Of a stretch of 64,000 bases of DNA, positions 40,314 through 64,000 are shown in pieces. This stretch comes from Chlorokybus atmophyticus (lineage: Eukaryota; Plantae; Mesostigma and Chlorokybus algae), in the NCBI GenBank assembly GCA_009103225.1, contig RHPI01001132.1, positions 248,001 to 312,000 of the forward strand, in the 5' to 3' direction. Position 1 is the first letter of the stretch. Each line of letters opens with the position of its first letter. Position numbers and translations under genes: made by a program. Below the pieces are notes generated by a model. The model did no database searches, was not told the origin of the DNA, and saw nothing but the letters and a program-made list of their open reading frames with translations.

Positions 40314-41001
40314 ACCCTCCTATACCACCTGCACACATGTACACATCCATCATCAGGTTCGCCTTATTGTTGGCAGCAACAACAACATGGCGGTGACATG
40401 CTCAGTGTGCTGCAAAACCCTAGCTCTGGCATGCACTAGGAGTAGTGAGCTCAGCTGCGCTCTGCGTGCAAACCAAGAGCAAGCACCTTACTGACGACGA
40501 CGACGACGCCTGATAGGTGGACGTCGGCGATCCTGACGCCTCTCCTCACCGCCGCCGCCGCCACCGCCGCAGCCGCATGGCCAGGATCATATTCTTACAT
40601 GGAAGAGAAGGAATATTCCCATATCAGGCATTCCGATAACAGGTATTCTTTTTCTGAACTCCCCAGCGACCGTATGCTGCGACCCGGTTGGGTTCTTCTC
40701 CCTCTGTATGTTATGACCCTCTCTGAGTACGTACCGTGTTGCGAATTCATACGCGTACGTACTGGCAAACAGCGTACCGCACGTGCACGAGGCTCTCTGC
40801 CACGTGGCGCTGTTCGACGGCGCCTAAACCGCGTCCGAAATAGCCGAAGCAAAACGAACGCAACTGAACGTAACTGCCGCCGCGGATGGCGTATCATAAC
40901 ATCGTAACGTTAGCGGCTAACGAGAGTACAAACAATACAGAATTGGCACACAATTCCTGCTCCAACAGTGTGACACGTGGCGTGGGGCGGCGGCAACGGC
41001 G

Positions 41002-44000
41002 ATGGCGCCAGCGGCGGAGGTGGCCACGCTGATGATGGGGGGCGACCACTACAAGCACGCCCCTTCCCTCCCCGCCCGCCAGGCTTCACGCAGTCTCACA
41101 AGACAGAGGAGCGAGCTGTCACGACGCATAGAAGACGAGGCTCTTGCCTTGTTCGCCCCTCCTCCTCCCCCTACTGCCGCCGCCAAGGACAACAAGGACG
41201 CTCACAAAATCAACGCCGACGATCACAACATCAACAATGAAACATACAATCAGGTATGTTGGCTTTCAGAACAAAACTCAACCACCTCTCCACTGATCAG
41301 TTTCCACACAGCCATTATGATTGATACGCTATGCACATTGCTATCCTCCTTGTCGTTATCCTTTTGGTGTTGTCCTCAGCTTTGTTGTCCTCGTTGTCTC
41401 AGGAGTCCTCATTGTCGAGGAGGCTTGCGGCGGTGGAGTCGGAGTTCCTTACGTGTCCCGTGGTGTCCACGCCCGTCACAGAGGCCGCCATTCGAGACCG
41501 GTTCCGCACCTGGCAGGTATCTGATACAGTTATGTGATACAGTTTGCTTGTTGTTGTTATGATGATGATGTGCGTTCTTATCACTTTGTTGTTGTGTACA
41601 GATGGCCAATTTTGGGTCAGGTGTCGGCGAGTATGTCGACTCCCTCGTGGAGGACGCCGTGGTGGACTCTATGCACGTGTCGTGCCCACGCATGATCGGC
41701 CACATGGTGAGTACTGGTTGGTTGTCAACCTCTTGTTCGCGAGTGTTGAACTGTTACAGCTTGAAGTGACAACAAACCAACAAAACTGATGTGTGCTTGA
41801 CAGACCAGCGCCCTCCCTTACTACACCCGACCCCTCGCAAAGCTCGTCGTCGCAATGAACCAGGTACAGATTGTTGTTTGGTTGCTGAACACAATGTATC
41901 TGTTCGGACACTACATAGTGGTTTGATGCCTTCACACGCACACGTGCGCGCACACACGCATTCACACATTCACTCTGCAGAACGCTGTGAAGTCCGAGAC
42001 CGCCAAGACCATCACTTGTTTGGAGCGCGAGGCTATGGCTCAGCTCCACCGCGCTCTCTTCAACAACACGGACGCTTTCTACGCCGAGCACATCCAATCT
42101 CCCGCCGTCGCATTGGGCCTCATGACCTCCGGCGGCACGATCGCCAACATAACGGCCTTGTGGATCGCGCGCAACTCCAAGCTCGGTCCCGACACGACAA
42201 ACAACTTTGCCGGCGTGGAGCAAGAGGGACTTGTTAAAGCTCTGAAGCATTATGGTTATACGGATGCGTGCGTGGTGGGGAGCGAGTTGATGCACTACTC
42301 GATGGACAAAGCCGCGGACGTGTTGGGTATCGGCGTGAGAGGGTTGAGGAAGGTGGCCGTGGATGCCAACTACAGAGTGGATGTGAAGGCGCTAGCGAGC
42401 GTGTTGGACGAGTGTGCGGAGCAACGGTGCCTCGTACTCGCGCTTGTGGGGATTGCGGGAGCAACGGAGACGGGAGCGGTTGATCCCCTGCGTGAGATGG
42501 CACGCATTGCACGTGCGCGGGGTGTACACTTTCATGTGGATGCAGCCTGGGGAGGGCCCATGTGCCTCAGCGACAGGTACACACGCACGCGTACGCGCAC
42601 TTTTTACGTGTACAAAATTGCCCTTACACGCGCACATATACACATACATACACATACATACACACATGTACGCAAGCCTGTTGTTGATTACACTCGTGTG
42701 CATGCTTGCTCATGTGTGTCCCTTTCTCTCAGGTTGCGCAAGGCCGTGGCCGGTCTTGAGCTCGCCGACACCGTGACGTTGGACGGCCACAAGCAGCTCC
42801 TTATGCCGATGGGCGGCGGGATGGTGTTCCTACGCGACCCCGCGCTCTCGCGATGCATACGCAAGGCCGCGTCGTACATCATACGCGAGGAGTCACACGA
42901 CGCCGGGAAGTTCACGCTCGAAGGATCGCGACCGGCACAGGTACGGGTAGTGGGGATGGATGTGTGGGTCTTTTGGTTGTGGGTGTGCGTGGCGGTATGT
43001 GCATGTGTCTGTGTATGTGTGCATGTGCACACGCGTTTGCATTAGTGGGTGGGTACGTGTGCATTAGGGGCGTATACGTCTGTGTATGTGTACATATGCG
43101 TGCATATGTGTATGTGTATCTGTATCTCCATGTGTTGTACATGTATGCGTATGTGTATTCTTTCACGTACGAGTACATGCGTGTGCGTGTGCGTATTAAT
43201 TTCATTTATGCGTATGTTGCTACATTCCAAAGCAAAGGCTGATGGTTCATACTTGTGTCATTTCACCAGGCTTTATTTCTGCACGCGAACCTAGCAATCC
43301 TCGGCCGTTCCGGTTACGGCGCTTTGATGGAGCGTCTCGTCCGTCTCGCCCGTCACTTAGCTAAGCGTCTCATGCGCGCCCACAACTTCGAACTACTCGT
43401 CAAACCGATGGCCAACATACTGCTGTATCGGTGGATACCCAAGTCGCTGAGACGCAAGTGCTGGGCCGGGAAACTGGATGAGAAGGATAATGAGGTCATC
43501 GACGCCATCAATGCGAAACTGCAGGAGAGGCAGAAGGCGGAGGGAAGGACGTTCGTGTCGAGGACGTCGCTGAGGTGCGTGTGCGTGTGCGTGTGCGTGC
43601 GTGTGCGTGTGGGTGTGGGTGTATTCCTGCGTGGGTGTATGGATGTGGGTGAGTGAGAGTGTGTGCGGGTGTGTATGTGCGTGTGTGCATGGGCATATAC
43701 ACATATGCATGTGTGCGAGTGAGAGTTTGCACATGCGCACATGTGTGTGCGCATATGTATGCCCATAGGTGTGCGCATAGGTGTGTGTATGCGCAGACGC
43801 ATGCGCGCGTGTGTATGTGCATGTGCGGGCATGTGTGCGCCTGTGAGGCTTTGGACATGTCCGTGTCCATGTGAATACTCGCATACAAACATGCATAAAC
43901 CCAACCATCACGCCTCCACTCTCAGGTGTCCCAAGTACGGTCGTCTTCGCGTGGTGGCCTTACGCGTCGTAATTGGCAACGTGCTGACGACGGAACGCGA

Positions 44001-44700
44001 CATCGACGCGGTGCTCGAGGACCAGCTCGCCCTCATCCCGCAGCTCACCGACGACTGCTCCGTCACGCCGCACCCAACGGACTTCATTTACAAGGAGGGC
44101 ATGGAGCACGTCGACGACTCGGACCTCATGACATGGTACACTGTGTGTTTTTTCCATGTTGGCATCCCAAAACTTCATATATATGCGTGTTAACAGTGTG
44201 GTAGGACAACAGATATACATCGGCAACGTAACATATTGATACAGATGATTGGATAAACATCTAGTTGTGTCTGAGAGCACACATACACATACTCATACAC
44301 ATATACATACAGAATGAGATACAAGGACAGATTCAATGCCCTGATACATGCATCTGCCGATACCGATACAGATACAGCTACAAATACAGATGCAGATGCA
44401 CATTCACGGTAGAGATACACTTGCACACCGACACAAACTTTCTCACATTGTATTGTTGTGTGCGTAATCAGGGACCGTCACTGGGAGCAGGGCATGAATG
44501 ACGCGGAACGCGCTCTCTTCAACAACGACAAAGATCTATTCCTGGAAAGCCTCTGCGCTCCAGACTTGCTGCCGCCCACGCCCGCGCCGCGCGATGGTGG
44601 CAGCGATATCAACGATCTCCCGCTCGATGGCGAGAGGAAAGAGGATATCAACGGTATCACCGATAAGGCGCGCGTACCCGCGCATCATCAGGGATCCTAG
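41002..44700 (+). CDS. PLP-dependent group II decarboxylase, bacterial PanP-like (putative aspartate 1-decarboxylase)
   Basis: Nine exons: 41002-41253, 41403-41516, 41602-41706, 41803-41862, 41981-42576, 42733-42940, 43270-43574, 43926-44135 and 44472-44700. Motifs are IGHMTSALPY, AMNQNAVKSETAK, SGGTIANITALWIARN, GVEQEGLVKALKHYGY, HYSMDKAADVLGIG, GIAGATETGAVDPL, HFHVDAAWGG, DGHKQ (PLP Lys at 42791) and TLEGSRP. Confidence 0.88.
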
Positions 44701-45104
44701 TCTTGAGATAAAGAGAGGGAGACAACGTGATCTCCTTCCTCGCTTGGGGGTGGGGTACAGGACTTGGGTTCTATGCTCTCCTCAATGTTGTGTTGGGTTG
44801 GTGTTGGAGAACGCCTCTACTAGTGATGGATTTTTTGGAAGCTGTGTTGCACTTCCGGGTCGCGTCGAGTTGCGTTGGGTTGGGTTGGGTCAGCATACAA
44901 AGGGAGTTGATACTGCTGTTGACAAGAATTCCTGAGAGCTGCCATTATGGTGGTAAATAGAATAAGGCAAGGACATAAGTAACTTGCTTGCTATAACTGA
45001 AGCATGCTGTCTGCCTTTGAACTGTATGTTCATTACACAATGTGTGCATGCGGTGTGTGCATCTTATGCTTCATCTACTTGACAAACCAACGAATCTCTC
45101 ATTC

Positions 45105-47612
<2,508 letters not shown>

Positions 47613-47820
47613 TGCTGGCGCCAAGGTGTGTCCTTACCTGCAAAGCACTGCAGAGCGCAGGTGTCAAGGACGTGCCTACGGCGGCGGCAGCGGAGGACGA
47701 CAAGGAGGCGGAGGTGGAGGGGGAGGCGCTGGAGGAGGTGAAGGCGGAGAAGGTGTACCAAGAGGTGGAGGAGGGGGAGGAAGGAGCTGAGGAGGTCGAG
47801 GAGGTTGAGGCGGCGGCGGT

Positions 47821-49117
47821 ATGGGTGTGACGGAGTACGTAAGCCCTGAGGGTCTGCGGGTGGACGGCCGCCGCCCTCACGAGGTCAGACTAGACATGGT
47901 CGAGGATGTGCTTGTCGCTGTCGTCCATGCATGCAACCAGCAAGAGCAATGGTTACAGTGGTTATCGAATACATTTACATTTACTTTCTCCACCTCAGTG
48001 GTCACTTGGCAAAAGAGATGCTTCGTGTTCATGAGCGAGTCAAGTTCTGTTGCTGTTTCAGCTTGTTTACTCGCCCACGTAGCTGATGCAGCCTCATTCA
48101 AAAAAAATTGAGTAGCAAACCACAAGGACATGGACACCAACACAGATCCGCCTTCGCCTCTCAAGCACGCATTGCCGTGTAGATGATGAGTGTGCGTTTC
48201 GCGCCTATGGGCTGTCAACATGAAGCACAGCTGTTTTCCAATGCTTTGCACACTTCTCTCGCAGGTGCGTCAGCTGCGATGCCAGCTGGCCCCTCTCGCA
48301 CGCGCAGACGGGTACGCTATGGCATGCATGCCGTTTATCTATCCATCTACTCAGATTAGTATCAGCAACACTCTGTGCACAATGTGGTTGCACACATCAT
48401 CACACGCGCAGGTCCGCATTCTTTGAGATGGGCAACACGAAGGTTCTTGCTGCGATCTACGGCCCGCGCGAGGTGCGCTGCGACTAGTGTTGAGTGTGTG
48501 TGTCGTCGTTGTTGATAAACACTCCAACGCCTCTGTTGTGCGTTGACGTATGTGAATGGGTGATGGGTCTTTTATGTGTCTGAGCGCGTCACTGCAGGTG
48601 TCGCGCAAGGAGAAGGCACTCTCGGACCGCGCTCTGGTATAATAAGACATGCGTCACGCGCGTGCATGTGCGTGTGCGTGTGCGTGTGCGTGTGCGTGTG
48701 CGCGCGCTCTGTTTTCTTGCACCCACGCGCACCTTGGCAACCATGCCTACACAAATGCACACATGCGCGTCACTACCCGTTGTAATAGCATGCACGCACA
48801 TCCCTTCAACGCGTACACTGGTCCTCTGTAAGGTGCGTTGCGAGTACAGCATGGCGGCGTTCAGCACGGGCGAGAGGCGCAAGCGTCCCAAAGGCGACAG
48901 GTGGGTGCGCGAGTCAACGCGTGTACCGTATGGTATGTGGAGTACACACGCAAGAGACATTGTATCGGCTTTGTGCAGGCGGGCGCAGGAGATATCGATG
49001 GTGATCAAACAGACGTTCGAGGCGGCCATACTGACACACCTGCTGCCGCGCACGCAGATTGATATCTTTGTGCTGGTCCTCCAAGCTGATGGAGGTGAGT
49101 GGTTGGCAGGAGAAACA

Positions 49118-49152
<35 letters not shown>

Positions 49153-50003
49153 CTACACACAAGCATGCACGCACACATGGTCGCAGACGTGCACGCGCGC
49201 ATGCGCATTCACAGGCACACGCACACGAATGTACGCATATGCATGCACGCACGCAAGACACACGCGTGCACACACTCGCGATCAGATCACATTCATGCCA
49301 CACGCGAGGTGATGTGTCGCACCTTGCAGGCACGCGTACCGCGTGCATCAACGCGGCGACGCTCGCACTTGCGGACGCGGGCGTGCCCATGCGGGACCTC
49401 ACCGTCGCATGCGCAGCAGGGTACCTCGACAACACCGCCCTATTAGGTATTTGATTGATGTGTTTGTGTGCATGTGTGTTGGGGGGAGTAACCGGTTGTA
49501 TTGTTGTTAGATATGAACTACATTGAGGATGCTGGCGGTGGGCCCGACCTGGCAGTGGCCGTGCATCCCAACCTGGACAAAGTCGCCATGCTGCAGGTCA
49601 GAGACAAGTGTCCGTGTGGTTGGTCGCATGCGTGCGTGCGTGCGTGCGTGCTTGCAGGTGTGCGCATAGTCACATGTACAACATGTTGCTAGTGTTTAGA
49701 GCGGTGTATGGTGTAAGATTGTGCTGTTGACGTGATGCATACGTGGGATGGTTTGCAATGCTATGTTGCTGCACGCAGATGGATGCGAAGGTGTCCATGG
49801 AGGTGTTTGAGAAAGTGCTAGAGCTAGCGCAGGACGGCTGCAAAGCCATCGCCACGCACATGCGCCAGGTAGTTATTGTATCATCTCACGTTTCTGTTTG
49901 TCTTTGAGTACCTTTGTTGTCCACTCGTACCAGCTTAACACTCGTGCAGGCGCTGTTGGAGCACACGCAACAGTTGGCTGCATCACGAGGGAATCTGAGA
50001 TAG
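47821..50003 (+). CDS. RRP41: Exosome complex component RRP41 (EXOSC4)
   Basis: MGVTEYVSPEGLRVDGRRPHE|VR, ADGSAFFEMGNTKVLAAIYGPRE, CEYSMAAFSTGERR, PRTQIDIFVLVLQADGG and ACINAATLALADAGVPMRD, with stop TAG at 50001-50003. Confidence 0.97.
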
Positions 50004-50288
50004 AGCACGCGTACACGACACACAGCTAGAGTGTTGTCGCGAGTATTGTAATGTTCCCAACCATTACACATCAATCATTTGTGGGCAGTGTGTGAATGTC
50101 CACATCTTGTCTGCGTGTATGCACGGCGTGCACAACCGAGAGCACACACACACATACACAAAAGAAGGTGGCACACAAGGTGGCACACAAAAGAAGGTGG
50201 ATAAATAAGTCTATACAAGCGTACTCAACACCCAACACTACACAGATTGTTATGTACGTCGTGCTTCCAAGAACCAAAACCAATGTGG

Positions 50289-59389
<9,101 letters not shown>

Positions 59390-60429
59390 GGCGCAGGCCA
59401 CCGCCGCCCTCAGCGCCGTCGTTGGCGGCTGAGCCAGACGACACAAACAAGATCAAGCAAAAATCTATAGATAGTAATAGCTACACTTGCGTACAGCCTA
59501 CTGCGCTGTACACCGCATGGCCCACCTGTCTGCAAAAAAGTGCGTCCTCAACAACAACGACGCCAACGACGCCAACAGGGCGGCGGCGGCGGCAGCAGTG
59601 GAAATTGGCGGGTAGTGCCGGGCTTAATGTCAGCAGCAGCCGAAGCCGTTAGCTAACCAAAAAGTGGTTAGCGCATCCAGTCACGTCGTCGATAAGGCAC
59701 CATTGGAACCATCACATTGCCTGACTTGCGCTGAATTGTCTGGCAACTCGTGGCAAGTCATGAGTTTGTGGGGACCGGGGGTCAGCAGTACAATGCGGCT
59801 AAGTTGACTGAGGAAGAAGTTGGGGCCACGGACGCGGCGCTGAGGGCCACGGGGCCAACGTGACCGGCACGGAAAGACACGCACATGTTGCCTCTATTGA
59901 GTTATCACTACCAACGTTCAATGACAGGGACACCCATTCATGACAATCTGAGATGAGGTCAATGGGGTTCAGCACCCACACTGGTCGGGTGCTACAATAA
60001 GGGCTGCGCGGTTCATGAACATTCACGATGCGAGGAATTGTGTCAGGGTTATTGTGACGCTCCAAGGTACCGCAGTATTGAAAAAGCATCCACATCATGG
60101 CCGCGGCCCGCGGGTAAGGACTGGGCGCAAGCCACTTAGTGGCTGCCACTGCCACGCGCCGGAACGCGATTGCGCGCGCGTGCCGAGGCGGCGCACTTTT
60201 GAGTCAGCAAAAGCGGCCATACCCCCTGGCCCAGGTGAGATCAGACGAGATCAGGTGACGTCCAGGCCGTACTGGCGGATAGCGACTGTGTACACACGCT
60301 GCTTGGCCAACTTCCGATATCCCATGTGTCGCCTGAACACGAAAGTCTTCTACGGAAGCTTGCTGTGTTCCGGTAGTTGCCATAGAGCTTCCGGCAGCGG
60401 CGGCAGTGTGGGCGGTGGGCGGGGGTGGC

Positions 60430-62031
60430 ATGGGTGCGGGCGGGTCGTCGCTGACGCAGCAGGACATTGAGGAGCTGCACGGCTTCTGCAACGGGCGATG
60501 TGAGTGTCCTTCTCTCCGTGTTGCCGCTGACTGCATAGACGCTCGCACCAGCATTCTAGACCATGCATACTGGCCTGGCCTGGCCCGCCCATAAAAACCC
60601 TAGCCTGATCCTCTCTGTGTGAATGTGTGTATGTGCAGTCACAAGGGAGGAGATAGCGACACTGTGGGGGCGATTCAGGGAGCTGGACAGGAGCGGGAGC
60701 GGGTTCATCTCAAGCGATGAGTTCATGGTTGTGCCGGAGTTTGCGCTCAACCCTCTCGCCCCGGTCAGTGCTTTGTTCATGTCTCATGCACGTCAACGTA
60801 ATTCACAACCGCTTCCATGGTCTTTGCTCACTGTTTGTTAGCATGAATGCACGCGTACAATCTCTCGCTAGTTTTCTGCACATTAGGTTACTCTTTCTGC
60901 ACGCAGAAAGAATAACCTAATGTGCAGCTTGCAATCAGTGTCGATTAACTCTATGCTCTTATATCTATAATCAAGCTGTTGAAAGCTTGACTGCTTGTAC
61001 GCCAAAATGTGCGTCGAGTTCCTTTTTATCACTGCCATAGTCCTCGTTGTAACCCTGGCAAGTAGTAGCTTGTTTCTTTTGTACCTCAGCGGTTACAGTT
61101 GTTGTCTGGGTGTTACCATTTGTTTAAAAGTATCTAATGGTGAAGCAACTGAGCGAGAAAGCTGAAACGTGTGTCGGCGTTTATTATTGCAGAGGTTGCT
61201 CGCGACTGTTGAAAACATGAATTTTCGGGACTTTCTTGTGCTGTTGGGCGCTTTCAGTCCGCAATCGTCCAGCGAAGAGAAGCTCAAGTGTAAGCCTTTT
61301 AGTACAATGTGACTGAGTCGCGCGCGTGTGTGTATGCCAAGTGCATGCGTGCCCGTGCGCACACATGCATACGCATTTGTGAGTGTGTGTGTGCGTGTTG
61401 TACGCGTGCACGCATTCGTACGCGCCCCTCTTGGTGTGTACGCGCATTACTACGCACGAGCGCGCACGACCTCGTGTGTTTGACTTTTCAACATCCAACA
61501 TCCACTTGCAGTCATGTTCAAGATCATGGACGCGGATCTGGATGGCGTCGTGTCCATTGACGACATGCTAACCATTCTCGGGTTGATGGCGGGTGACTTT
61601 CTTACGCACGAGCAACTTGAGGTTTGTGATTGGTTTTACACAAAGAGTAACTGCACGTATTATCTGGGATTGAATCTTTGAGGTTTCACTCATATGTGCT
61701 GCTTGTTGTTATGTGTGCAGCACGTGTTGTTGCGTTCCCTCAGGGCTGCCAACATACGGCCAGAGAGCGGGCTGACCTATGAGGAGTTTGCAAAGGTAAG
61801 TGAAGACTACTTTGGAAAAGTACGTGCGTGCGTGCGCGCGTGCATGCACACATGTGCGCATGCATGAGCAGGCGAGTGCACACGTGTGTGCGCGCGTGTG
61901 CCCTCGCCTGCTCATGCATGCATCATGTGTGTATGTGTGTTGGTTCCGAAATGGCTCAGTGTGTGTTGTCTCTGCAGGTGTTTGAGCCCTGCGCGCACAA
62001 CCTCGACGTCAAGGTCCCTGAAGACAACTAA
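60430..62031 (+). CDS. Calcineurin B-like EF-hand protein (At3g18430-like) with N-myristoylation motif
   Basis: Exons are 60430-60499, 60639-60763, 61193-61289, 61512-61621, 61721-61795 and 61978-62031. The protein begins MGAGGSSLTQQDIEE and contains FRELDRSGSGFISSDEFMVVPEFALNPL, NFRDFLVLLGAFS and MFKIMDADLDGVVSIDD. Confidence 0.92.
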
Positions 62032-62592
62032 TCCAGAGTTTGTTCGGGAGGTCTCAACCACAGTTGTTGTACATGTTGTACACTACAGCACGTGTAAATT
62101 ATCACCCAGTTTTAGTAGGTAGGTACGAATCTCAAGGAGCTGCACCATTTGACACGCACGCACGCACGCACGCAGCGCTGACAATCACCACACGCATGGG
62201 CTGCTCGTCTATGTTTGTGCATGGAGTTTGAGAGTAGAGTAGTTGCATGCAGGTGCCCCTGAATGCAAGTGGAATAGTTCACAACCCTGCACGACGGTGC
62301 ATTGGTATAATGACAGTGGCCTTTCTGCTTTCCGTGTTTGCTCTGAGTTCATTGCACAACAGCGTATAACTGCATGCTTGTTGCGGCTCGGTGCATCGGT
62401 TGTCTCTGTAGTTCTATCTGCCTCTCTCCATCTGTTCTGTTGTGCATTCTGTGTACTATGGGCTATGCTTGCTGTGTGTTTGTTGTACCTTAGAGTTGGG
62501 GTTCACCCGTGAATAACATTCTGTCTTTTTGAGCATTAGGTCGACATGTATCGCACGACATTTGCAGTGCGATCTAGTAACTTTCGTCGGTA

Positions 62593-64000
62593 ATGTCGCT
62601 CATGTTGTCGGCGGCGGCGGCGGCGGCGGCGTGGCCGCGGCTGCTGCCGCCGCACAACAGGAGGAGCTCAACCAGGAGCTCAGCACCGCCGCCGCTGCCG
62701 CCATCGCCGCCGCCGTTGCCGCTTACCAGGCTGAGGCGGCGGCCACTGGTGGCGGCGGCGGCGCTGGGGGCCGGGACGGTGCTGGCGGCCGCGGCGGCGA
62801 TGGCGGCAGGCGGAGGACGCAACAGCGGCGATGGCCGCGCCGCCGCCGCCGCCGCTGTCCGTGACGGCATGGACAAATTCCGCCAGGGGGACGTTGCTGC
62901 CTCCATCGCCGCCTTTGACTTGGCGCTGCAGAAGGACCCATCTATGAAGTAAGGCCAAAGTCTTAGATAGACCTATACTTGTATACTACTCAACGTGTGT
63001 ACGTTATTCACACCTGTTTTGAGCTGACGCCTTCATGAAGGAACACATGACATGCCATGCAATCAACTTCATGATGTTGATCTGCATGCAAGGGGGGTTG
63101 CATGCGCATCTGTGTGCGCAGGCGTGCGCATACAAGTGCACACACGTGCGTGTGCGCTCGCATGTGTGTGTTTGTGGTTGCGTGCACGCGTGTTGTTGCC
63201 GTATGTGCATGCATGTGTGCATGTGCGTGTGTGCGTGCGTGCTTGCGTGTTGAGCTGCGCCTTGGCAAGCAACACATCATCATGTCATCCACACCACTCA
63301 TGCGCACATGCATGCATGCATGCATGCATGCATAACACGCACGCGCACGCAGGCCGCTTCTGTGGCAGCGTGGTCTGTCCCTTTACTACGCGGAGCGGTT
63401 GTCCGATGCCGCGGAGCAGTTTCGCGAGGACGTCGCGGCCAACCCCGCCGACGCCGAGGAAGCCCTCTGGACCTTCCTGTCGGAGGCGCGGGAGAAGGGC
63501 CCCGACTACGCACGCAAACACATGCTGAAGGTGCTCTGTGGGCGCGTCTGTGCGTATGCGCGTGCGTGCTTACAGGCATGCGTGTGGGCGTTTGGACGCA
63601 TGTGTGCATATGCGTGTGTTTGTGTCCATGCGGGCATGTGCATGCATGTGCACGTGTGCTTGTGTGTGCGTGTATCACACAAGTCATTCTCATGCACGCA
63701 GTCCAACAGGCATCTTCACTTGTAGATGAGATAAGTGATCCATTTCAAGCCCACTGGACGACAAGAATATCAATTCCTCACATGCATGCGTGTTGTTGTT
63801 TACGAACCTCAACCGTCATCTATGCTTGCATCCACGCAGGTTGGGAGGGATCCAAGGCCAGTATTGAGAGCCTCCCTGGACTCGTTCCAGAACGCTTCTG
63901 GCGCAGAAGCCATACTCAAGTCCGCAGGCAGCGACAAAGAGGTGATACCAGTTGCTTCAACAATCGACACAACAGTGAACAACATACCCACATGACTGGT
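62593..64000 (+). CDS. Plastid-targeted TPR protein (NlpI-like, At3g05625-like); runs off the right edge
   Basis: A transit-peptide-like N-terminus, then VRDGMDKFRQGDVAASIAAFDLALQKDPSMK (phase-2 intron AA|GTAAGG), PLLWQRGLSLYYAE, FREDVAANPADAEEALWTFLSEA and VGRDPRPVLR. Confidence 0.85.

Noticed and set aside
41002-44700. Bacterial contamination as an explanation for the PanP-like and S53-like genes
   Set aside because: Both are split by canonical spliceosomal introns bearing the host's repeat signature and are contiguous with eukaryotic housekeeping genes.
60430-62031. Calcineurin B homolog as evidence of calcineurin in a green alga
   Set aside because: It matches the known plant At3g18430-type EF-hand family, and no catalytic subunit is present in this window.
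62944-62952. Apparent in-frame stop (MK*) in the TPR gene suggesting readthrough or a pseudogene
   Set aside because: It is explained by the phase-2 donor AA|GTAAGG joining to G-CCG-CTT at about 63352.

Overview
Eukaryotic nuclear DNA, gene-dense and intron-rich with GT-AG introns, many filled with mixed CA/TG/CG repeats. It is most likely from a flagellated green alga of streptophyte affinity. This is an inference: it carries plant-type SGT1, At3g18430-like and F-box/MYND genes together with ciliary FAM149-like and CEP164-type WW genes. I could hand-splice about 15 protein genes plus one tRNA-His. In order they are SGT1 (partial), a TM+WW protein, FAM149-like, MOB1, a Trx-like 2Fe-2S protein, a CTL transporter, UTP15, WDR43/UTP5, F-box-Sel1-MYND, a pogo/CENP-B-derived gene, a PanP-like PLP decarboxylase, a pfkB/MAK32-like protein, RRP41, a giant S53-like protease mosaic, a calcineurin-B-like protein and a TPR protein (partial). 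The most notable points are: (1) an intron-containing bacterial-type PanP aspartate decarboxylase; (2) a secreted mosaic of a bacterial-type S53-like peptidase, TSP3-like repeat, Ser-Pro linkers, Kelch and 2xPAN domains; (3) a catalytically degenerate, apparently domesticated pogo transposase; (4) two UTP-A complex subunits head-to-head 370 bp apart; (5) fold-back purine/pyrimidine-alternating introns; and (6) an unexplained AT-rich island of about 5 kb. All family assignments come from motif recognition by memory, not from database searches, and the exon coordinates were derived by hand.
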